Shown here in pieces: positions 58,360-64,000 of a stretch of DNA of 64,000 bases. Positions within the stretch are counted from its first letter, which is position 1. Every line of letters begins with the position of its first letter. Source of the stretch: a virus; IMG/VR virus record IMGVR_UViG_3300046171_000138. One strand, written 5' to 3'. Position numbers and translations under genes: made by a program. The notes below the pieces were generated by a model, which saw nothing but the letters and a program-made list of their open reading frames with translations, did not search any database and was not told where the DNA came from.

Positions 58360-60225
58360 ATGGCTGCTATTATCTCGGAAAAGTTTAGAATTTTTAATGC
58401 AAAGCAGTTCCTAGAGTCTCTTACTGAAGGCGCTAGTGATACTGGTGCCGACCGAAGTCGTATGTACTTCTTTGTCGGCCGACCCCAAGCATGGGATTCA
58501 TATCTAGAAGTTTACGCAACAGATGGCGGATCTTTTACCGCTGGTAATCAGGTATATGTAGGTGCCGCACTAGGTTCTGCTACATTCAAAGGGACTATCG
58601 CAAAGGTTTGTCCTAATAGTCTACTAATTCAATCAGTTGGTCCTCTTCCAACTGCTGCTCCTGCTTTGGGGTCAGCACTAAAAGAGTCTGATGGTTCGGC
58701 AGATACGGGTGTTACCGCAACCACAGGTGTCTACAGATATTCTACAGAGAACGTTCCTCCTGTACCCCTTGACAACCAAACCGAGAAATTTAGCGTTTAC
58801 GACGATATTATTGCAGCAAAAAGAATTACTTCTTCTTATGCAAGATCTGTTGTAAGAAGATACAACTGGGATACAGCAAACAATCCCAAGTTTGATATGT
58901 GGAAACCAAATTATTCAGCTACCCCAGCTGGTGGTGGACAGATTGGTGTTTCTACTGCTACGGGTGCAACTGGCATTGGTTCTTCAAAGTTCTATGTAAT
59001 GAATCAGAACTATGAAGTATTCAAGTGCCTTTATAATGGTGAAAGCATCGCTAACCCAACTGGTGTTAACGTAGTTCATGAACCAAAGACCAACCCTTCA
59101 GCAGGTCTAGGTACATATGCTGCTGGAATCTTTACTGCTCCTGATGCTTCTTACATCTGGAAGTACATGTATACCATGCCTACCGATGATGTACTAGCAT
59201 TCCTTTCTTCTGACTTCATGCCTATTGCTGCAGCAGGAGAAACATCTAGAGTTGCAACTGAAACTGCTGCTGTTGCTGGTTCTATTAACGTCGCTCTTAT
59301 CAAAGATGCTGGCACAGGTCTTACCAACGGTACTTTCTATGCTCCTATCATGGGAGACGGTTCTGGTGGTGTTGTCAAACTAACAGTTGCTGCTGGCGCT
59401 ATTTCTGCTGCAGAACTTGAAGTAGCAGGATCTGGTTACACTTATGCATCTGTTCCAGTTGTAACTGGTGTTCCTTCTGGAGTTTCTGGAAGCACTGAAG
59501 CAATTGGTCTCTTTACTGATACAGCATTGACCGTATCTCAAGCAGTTGCAGGAACGTCATCTGCAGCACTAGAGGTCATTCTTCCTCCTCAAGGTGGTCA
59601 CGGATCCGACTTTGAAACTGAACTTAATACAAAGCGTGTCATGACGAATATTCGTCTCACCTTTGTTGAGAATGCTGGTGACTTCCCTGTAGATAACGAC
59701 TTCCGTCGTATCGGTATTATCAAGGATCCTCTTGAGTACGGTACAACTACCTTCGCTACAGCAGATACTCTTTCTGGTCTAAAGTCAGTTAAATTGACTG
59801 GAGCAACTGGAAACTTTACTCCAGATGAGATGATCTCCCAGACCGTTGCTGGTGGTACTGCAATGGGCACTGTAGTCTCTTGGACCCTAGATGCTGGATC
59901 TCCAACTCCAACACCAGGAACCCCTGGTAGCGGCGTTCTGAAGTATATCCAGAGTCCAGAGTATCATACAGATGGTAACGGAATCGTAAGAGACTTCGCA
60001 TCTGATGCTGCAAATGCAATCACTGGTGCTGCTTCTGCTTCACAAGGAACAGTTGAAGTTGCCTTGGCAGATGGAACTCAATTGGTGGGTGCTATCTTTA
60101 CTGATGGTCTTGCATCTCCAGAGATTGAAAACAACTCGGGAGACCTCATATACATAGAGAACAGAAGACTAATCACTAGAGCAGCTGACCAAATTGAGGA
60201 TATCAAGTTAGTCATCGAATTCTGA
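58360..60225 (+). CDS. g8: Baseplate wedge subunit gp8
   Basis: MAAIISEKFRIFNAKQFLESL...MYFFVGRPQAW, IIAAKRI...VVRRYNW, YEVFKCLYNG, and SGDLIYIENRRLITRAADQIEDIKLVIEF. Confidence 0.93.
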   Translation: MAAIISEKFRIFNAKQFLESLTEGASDTGADRSRMYFFVGRPQAWDSYLEVYATDGGSFTAGNQVYVGAALGSATFKGTIAKVCPNSLLIQSVGPLPTAAPALGSALKESDGSADTGVTATTGVYRYSTENVPPVPLDNQTEKFSVYDDIIAAKRITSSYARSVVRRYNWDTANNPKFDMWKPNYSATPAGGGQIGVSTATGATGIGSSKFYVMNQNYEVFKCLYNGESIANPTGVNVVHEPKTNPSAGLGTYAAGIFTAPDASYIWKYMYTMPTDDVLAFLSSDFMPIAAAGETSRVATETAAVAGSINVALIKDAGTGLTNGTFYAPIMGDGSGGVVKLTVAAGAISAAELEVAGSGYTYASVPVVTGVPSGVSGSTEAIGLFTDTALTVSQAVAGTSSAALEVILPPQGGHGSDFETELNTKRVMTNIRLTFVENAGDFPVDNDFRRIGIIKDPLEYGTTTFATADTLSGLKSVKLTGATGNFTPDEMISQTVAGGTAMGTVVSWTLDAGSPTPTPGTPGSGVLKYIQSPEYHTDGNGIVRDFASDAANAITGAASASQGTVEVALADGTQLVGAIFTDGLASPEIENNSGDLIYIENRRLITRAADQIEDIKLVIEF

Positions 60226-60258
60226 TTATAAACGAAAACAAGACGGTAGTTTAATACA

Positions 60259-63200
60259 ATGCCACAGAAGACTAATCTTAAAGCCGCACCATATTTTGAC
60301 GACTACGATTCTGGGAACGACTTCTATAAGGTATTATTCAGACCTTCCTATCCTGTTCAAGGGAGGGAGCTGAATACTACCCAGTCGATCCTACAGAATC
60401 AGATTGAAAGTTATGGTAAATATGCTTTCAAACAGGGCGACCTAGTTGTCCCTGGTGAAGTTGGTCTGAATAAAAAACTTGACTTTGTAAAACTATCGTC
60501 TGTTTCTGAAGTTGCTGTAAGTGTAGATGACGAAATCATTTACCAAAAATATGATATCAATAATCTAATTGGTCAAAAGATCAATGGATTATCTTCTGGT
60601 GTTGTTGCTCTTGTACAATCTATTGTAAGTGCAACCGATAATAATGCCGACACTCTTTACGTAAAATATTTAAATGCTGGTGATGGAGGAAACGAAGAAA
60701 GGTTCCGTCAAGGAGAAACGCTCGAAGTTGTGGATGGCATTAACAGCCCTCTTCTCGTTGTTGGCACTGACGGCAGTGTTCTACCTACTAGCGTTGCGGT
60801 AACCGACCCAGACACACAAGTTACTACATTTGTAGAAAGTGGTGCCATGGGATTTGCTTCTGCTGTACAAGTAGAAGAAGGTGTATATTTTGTTAATGGA
60901 TATTTTGTAAGAAATTCTGCCGATTTAATTGTTGTTGATGGTTATAGTGACAATCCTTCTGTAAAAGTTGGTTTTAAGGTTACTGAAACTCTAGTAACTC
61001 CAGAAGAAGATCCCACACTATATGATAATGCATTTGGATCTTCCAACTATGCTGCTCCTGGAGCACATCGTCTAAAAATTAGTTTAAGTCTAGTACGATA
61101 TTCTTTTGAAGAAACTACAGACAAGAATTTTATTCAACTTCTTTCTATTAAGAATGGAGTTATCCAAAAGCAGGTAAGACAAGCTGCATATAATACACTT
61201 GAGAATACTCTTGCTAGAAGAACTTATGACGAGTCTGGTGACTATGTTGTAGATTCTTTTGACTTTGACATCAGAGAGTTTTATCAAAGACCAGGTAATC
61301 GCGGTGTATATGCACCAGGTGTCAATGGACTTATTGGTCCTAACGGATTGAGTGCTTCTGAAGCAGCGAATACGATGGTTGCTACTATCGGACCTGGTAA
61401 AGCATATGTCCGTGGTTTTGAGATTGTCAATAAAGAAACAAAGTATATTGACGTTGATAAAGCGAGAGATACGCTTTCTAGAGACAATGTAACAATCAAG
61501 TCGAACGGTCTCGCATCGTTTACTATTACCAATGTATTCAACACTCTTCCTCTTAATGCCGAAGGTGCTGATCTAACTGCATATCCAACTATCTTCCTAA
61601 ACTCCACATATAATGATGGAGTCAATGGTAGCAATGATCTAGAGTCTTCTACTGACTACATCCAAACTATCGAAAGAAGAGGTCTTGGATATGGAAAAGA
61701 TGATGCTATCAAGACTATCTACTTGCAAGCAGCAATTGATCTAGGTCTTATTGATGAGTCAAGTATTGAACCAAATACTCCTTCTAATAAAGCAGATATC
61801 AAAACTCTCTACTTTGTTTCTTCTAGAACTTCTGCTAATGGTGTAGCGTCTACCGAATCCGTAAAAGTTCTTTCTTTTGCAAAAGTAACCAGACCAGAAG
61901 TTGGAGATGTTAACGCACAGTATTTGCAATTAACTGTTCTTGGTAGAAAAGATTTTCTAGATAATCTCTTCCTTGAGTATGATGATAATGTATCCACAAA
62001 AAGAAGATTCCTTTATAAGTCTTTAGCAGAAGTTCAGCAAGAGATTAATGATGTAGGTTACATTGTTGACTATAGCAATACTATTGTACCTTTGGTTGGT
62101 ATAGCAAAACCAAAAGATGTCAGCCTAGTTGGCAGACCTGATGGATTTAATGCAGATACCGATATTGTTATTTCTCGCGGTAAACTTGCTGATGGAACAG
62201 CAATTTACAATGGTAAATTTAATCTATCCTATTTCAATCCAGTATTCTTTACTCGTTTGCTTGTAGATTCTACTATTAGCAACGGATTTGCACCTGGTAA
62301 ATATATCACAGGTTCTACCAGCGGTGCCTATGGGGTTGTAGAAGGCAATACAAATGGATTCTTGTCTCTTGGTAAGAGTCTTTACGTTAAGACTTTGTAC
62401 GGGACCTTCTTGCCTGGTGAGACAATTACAAGTGAAGAGGGAGATCTCCTACGTATTGCAGGTGAAAATACTATTTCTCACTTTGTTGTTTCTAGACAAG
62501 GGACTGGATATACTGCTGGATCCAGAGTTTCTGTCAATGGCACTCGCTTCGAGCTTAAAGATGTCAATGTAGGCATCAATGGTGGAACACTTTATAAGAT
62601 CGAAATTTTAAATAGAGATGTTTTGCAGACAGAATATTCTGCACCTCCAACTATTGACATTGAAGGAACTAGTACGATTGTTGCTAATGTTATTCCTGTT
62701 CTATTCAAGAACACTGTTCTGACTTATACAGCACAGAATGTTAAGTCTCTATATTCAGAGTTTGGATCTTCCAGTAAGTTCTCTGCTGATATCGAAACTC
62801 AAGATACAGAATTCTCCGAAACAAAAGCTGTAACCCAATACACATTTAGTGGAACTAAAGGTTACAAATATATTGAGTGTAATGGATTTGGTGCAGATGC
62901 ATCACTCATGCTCGTCCAAGGTGACGTTATTCAATTTAATGATGATACTGGTAGACTAAACAAATTTATTGTAGATCTAGTAACTATTCCAAAAGGAACT
63001 GATAAGTCCAGAATTTATTTCAACAGTGCCCTGCCTGATACAGTAACATCAGTAGCTGTTGTTAGATTGCGTCCTATTATTACAAATGGAACCACATCTA
63101 CACTTCTGTTCCCAACTGGTAGTAAAGAAGTTGGTAGTCTTGTCAAGTCCACAGAAGACACCAAGATTAGTTATTACATCAGAAGAGATTTTGTAACTAC

Positions 63201-64000
63201 TGGTAGTGACAATGGTGGCAACATTACATTTGCTGCTCAATTAGATTTTGGTACACAGAGATTTGTTCCTTTCACAGAAAAAGATTTCCTAATCACTGTT
63301 CTAGACAAGGGTGGTTCTGATCTAGTTGAAACTGGTGATGTTGTTTATGTGTCTCCAGATTTTGTCAGCATCCTTAATACTACTGACGCTACATCTGGTC
63401 TATCTTCTGGTAGTATCACACTTACCTTCCCTGGTAACTATTTTGGTAATAATGTAACTAACTTCCCCAAACTGAAGTTGACTGCTACCATTGAAGTTTC
63501 TAAAGGTAGACCCAAGCTCAAGACAGCAATTAAAAACAAGAGAGTTGTCATCACCTCTGCTGGCGATCAGGTATTGCCTCTACGTGGTCTTGATTACGAT
63601 AGTGACAGCAGTGAAGTTCTATCTTACTCCGATGTATTTAAAGTAAGATACATTTACGAAGGGTCTACATCTGCTCCTCCAACAGTTGACGTTAATGGTA
63701 ATCTGGTTGTTGGTACTGATCTAACTGATAGATTTACTTTTGATGATGGACAGAGAGATACATTCTATGATGTATCTAGAATTGTACTAAAACCTGGTTT
63801 TACTCCACCTACAGGACAAGTAGTTGTAGCATTTGATTACTTCGAGCATTCTCAAGGTGACTTCTATACAGTTGACTCATATATTCATGAGGCAGGTGTT
63901 GTAGCAGATGAGATCCCTGATTTCAACTCTGCCGTCCATGGTAACTTGAGTTTGAAGAACGTCATTGACTTCAGACCGAAGGTAGACTCTACTGCTATTA
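60259..64000 (+). CDS. vrlC: VrlC/DUF4815-like virion structural protein, truncated by the window end
   Basis: MPQKTNL...PYFDDYD..NDFYKVLFRP..PVQGRELNTTQSILQNQIE, NYAAPGAHRLKI, LARRTYDESGDY. The last codons at the window end (VIDFRPKVDSTAI) are in the same frame. Confidence 0.85.
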   Translation, partial: MPQKTNLKAAPYFDDYDSGNDFYKVLFRPSYPVQGRELNTTQSILQNQIESYGKYAFKQGDLVVPGEVGLNKKLDFVKLSSVSEVAVSVDDEIIYQKYDINNLIGQKINGLSSGVVALVQSIVSATDNNADTLYVKYLNAGDGGNEERFRQGETLEVVDGINSPLLVVGTDGSVLPTSVAVTDPDTQVTTFVESGAMGFASAVQVEEGVYFVNGYFVRNSADLIVVDGYSDNPSVKVGFKVTETLVTPEEDPTLYDNAFGSSNYAAPGAHRLKISLSLVRYSFEETTDKNFIQLLSIKNGVIQKQVRQAAYNTLENTLARRTYDESGDYVVDSFDFDIREFYQRPGNRGVYAPGVNGLIGPNGLSASEAANTMVATIGPGKAYVRGFEIVNKETKYIDVDKARDTLSRDNVTIKSNGLASFTITNVFNTLPLNAEGADLTAYPTIFLNSTYNDGVNGSNDLESSTDYIQTIERRGLGYGKDDAIKTIYLQAAIDLGLIDESSIEPNTPSNKADIKTLYFVSSRTSANGVASTESVKVLSFAKVTRPEVGDVNAQYLQLTVLGRKDFLDNLFLEYDDNVSTKRRFLYKSLAEVQQEINDVGYIVDYSNTIVPLVGIAKPKDVSLVGRPDGFNADTDIVISRGKLADGTAIYNGKFNLSYFNPVFFTRLLVDSTISNGFAPGKYITGSTSGAYGVVEGNTNGFLSLGKSLYVKTLYGTFLPGETITSEEGDLLRIAGENTISHFVVSRQGTGYTAGSRVSVNGTRFELKDVNVGINGGTLYKIEILNRDVLQTEYSAPPTIDIEGTSTIVANVIPVLFKNTVLTYTAQNVKSLYSEFGSSSKFSADIETQDTEFSETKAVTQYTFSGTKGYKYIECNGFGADASLMLVQGDVIQFNDDTGRLNKFIVDLVTIPKGTDKSRIYFNSALPDTVTSVAVVRLRPIITNGTTSTLLFPTGSKEVGSLVKSTEDTKISYYIRRDFVTTGSDNGGNITFAAQLDFGTQRFVPFTEKDFLITVLDKGGSDLVETGDVVYVSPDFVSILNTTDATSGLSSGSITLTFPGNYFGNNVTNFPKLKLTATIEVSKGRPKLKTAIKNKRVVITSAGDQVLPLRGLDYDSDSSEVLSYSDVFKVRYIYEGSTSAPPTVDVNGNLVVGTDLTDRFTFDDGQRDTFYDVSRIVLKPGFTPPTGQVVVAFDYFEHSQGDFYTVDSYIHEAGVVADEIPDFNSAVHGNLSLKNVIDFRPKVDSTAI

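Overview
This window is part of a T4-like marine cyanophage (cyanomyovirus) genome, with essentially all real genes on the + strand. From left to right it contains: (1) a glutaredoxin-like 3' end, cpeT, tRNA-Thr, tRNA-Leu, tRNA-Asn and a 2OG-Fe(II) oxygenase (1-2.1 kb); (2) a late module with a giant virion/fibre protein of about 3,790 aa broken by a cluster of single-base indels (probably read errors), two tail-collar genes, five tandem paralogous adhesin-like genes with different N-terminal tips and a shared C-terminal module, a 1,183-aa collar-containing fibre, a tail-assembly chaperone and several 2OG-Fe(II) oxygenases (2.2-31 kb); (3) small middle genes, including CP12-like, DenV-like and AbrB-like ORFs (31-34.4 kb); (4) an early-type region of tiny ORFs behind about 11 sigma70-like promoters that share an upstream two-block dyad motif, plus HNH and PD-(D/E)xK nucleases, two tandem DnaA-box-like 9-mers and a structured non-coding segment (34.4-44.6 kb); (5) the baseplate module: PAAR gp5.4, g25, g6, g7, g8 and a VrlC-like gene running off the end (44.6-64 kb). 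All calls come from reading motifs by eye; no database search was run.
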